Source: Felis catus (lineage: Eukaryota). Taken from it: a stretch of DNA of 64,000 bases. The notes below the pieces were generated by a model, which made no database searches, was not told the origin of the DNA, and worked only from the letters and a program-made list of their open reading frames with translations. Made by a program: the position numbers and the translations under genes. Location of the stretch: the NCBI RefSeq assembly GCF_018350175.1, contig NC_058369.1, positions 49,104,001 through 49,168,000 of the forward strand. Reading direction: 5' to 3'. This document shows positions 63,505-64,000 of the stretch, piece after piece (the stretch's first letter is position 1; each line of letters begins with the position of its first letter).

Positions 63505-63668
63505 GCTTGTGCTCACTACTTATGTTTGCCAAGCCTCATATTTCTCATTTATGAAGTGGAGATGCTAATAGTACTTATCTTCTTAGATTGTTGTGAGGAT
63601 TAAATGAATGAATCCACATAAATTCCTTTGAACAGTACTTGACCAATAGTGACCAATAATCATTATTA
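63505..63668 (+). mobile_element. MIR
   Basis: tttctcatttatgaagtggagatgctaatagtacttatct...gattgttgtgaggattaaatgaatgaat. Confidence 0.75.
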
Positions 63669-63864
63669 AAAACAAAACAAAACAGAACACTGTTGCCTTA
63701 TTGTATCAATGGCCCTGTAATTTGGTAGAGAATGGTGGGAATGAGGACAATGAGCTATGTTACACAGGTGAATGAGCTATTTGTGGTAAGGAGGAAACAA
63801 GGAATTTAAGAAGAAAATATGGGGATGCAGAAAACCCTTTAGGGAAGATGAAATGGTCTCTGAT

Positions 63865-63990
63865 CAAGTCCCTTCTCGAAATTATGTCTGTAATACCTCT
63901 TTCCTTCTGGTCTCCATTGCTACCACCCAAATCCAAACCCTGATCCTTCTTGCCACCATGACAGCCTCTGGACTGGGTTGTTTACTTCCA
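63865..63990 (+). mobile_element. L2 fragment
   Basis: tctccattgctaccacccaaatccaaacc...acagcctctggactgg. Confidence 0.45.
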
Positions 63991-64000
63991 TTCTTTTTTA

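Overview
This is AT-rich mammalian intronic DNA from a felid, judged from tRNA-derived Can-SINEs of the SINEC_Fc type and a cat-type L1 3' end. The only protein-coding sequence is one 936-bp, phase-0/phase-0 internal exon of GRM7 (metabotropic glutamate receptor 7; 28233-29168, + strand, the large exon usually numbered 8). It encodes the cysteine-rich domain and TM1-TM6. A 196-nt N-gap inside it equals the length of the missing conserved sequence exactly. The rest is the flanking introns, filled with layered transposon relics: L2, MIR, MER5A/MER58/Tigger1 DNA elements, MLT1/MER21/ERV1 LTR sequence, L1 fragments and 14 Can-SINEs. There are six N-gaps. All other ORFs in the track look spurious, and there are no CRISPR arrays, RNA genes or prokaryotic features. 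I cannot claim a new biological system. The best leads are: (i) a stop-containing pseudo-exon whose perfect 5' splice site is paired by a U1-like sequence in a 13-bp hairpin; (ii) a twin-primed L1 with a short 3' transduction tag; (iii) two SINEs inserted one after the other at the same target site; (iv) the symmetric exon flanked by inverted young SINEs (circRNA or in-frame skipping); (v) a strong candidate poison exon in the downstream intron. Repeat family names come from recalled consensus sequences, not a database run. Boundaries of old repeats are approximate.
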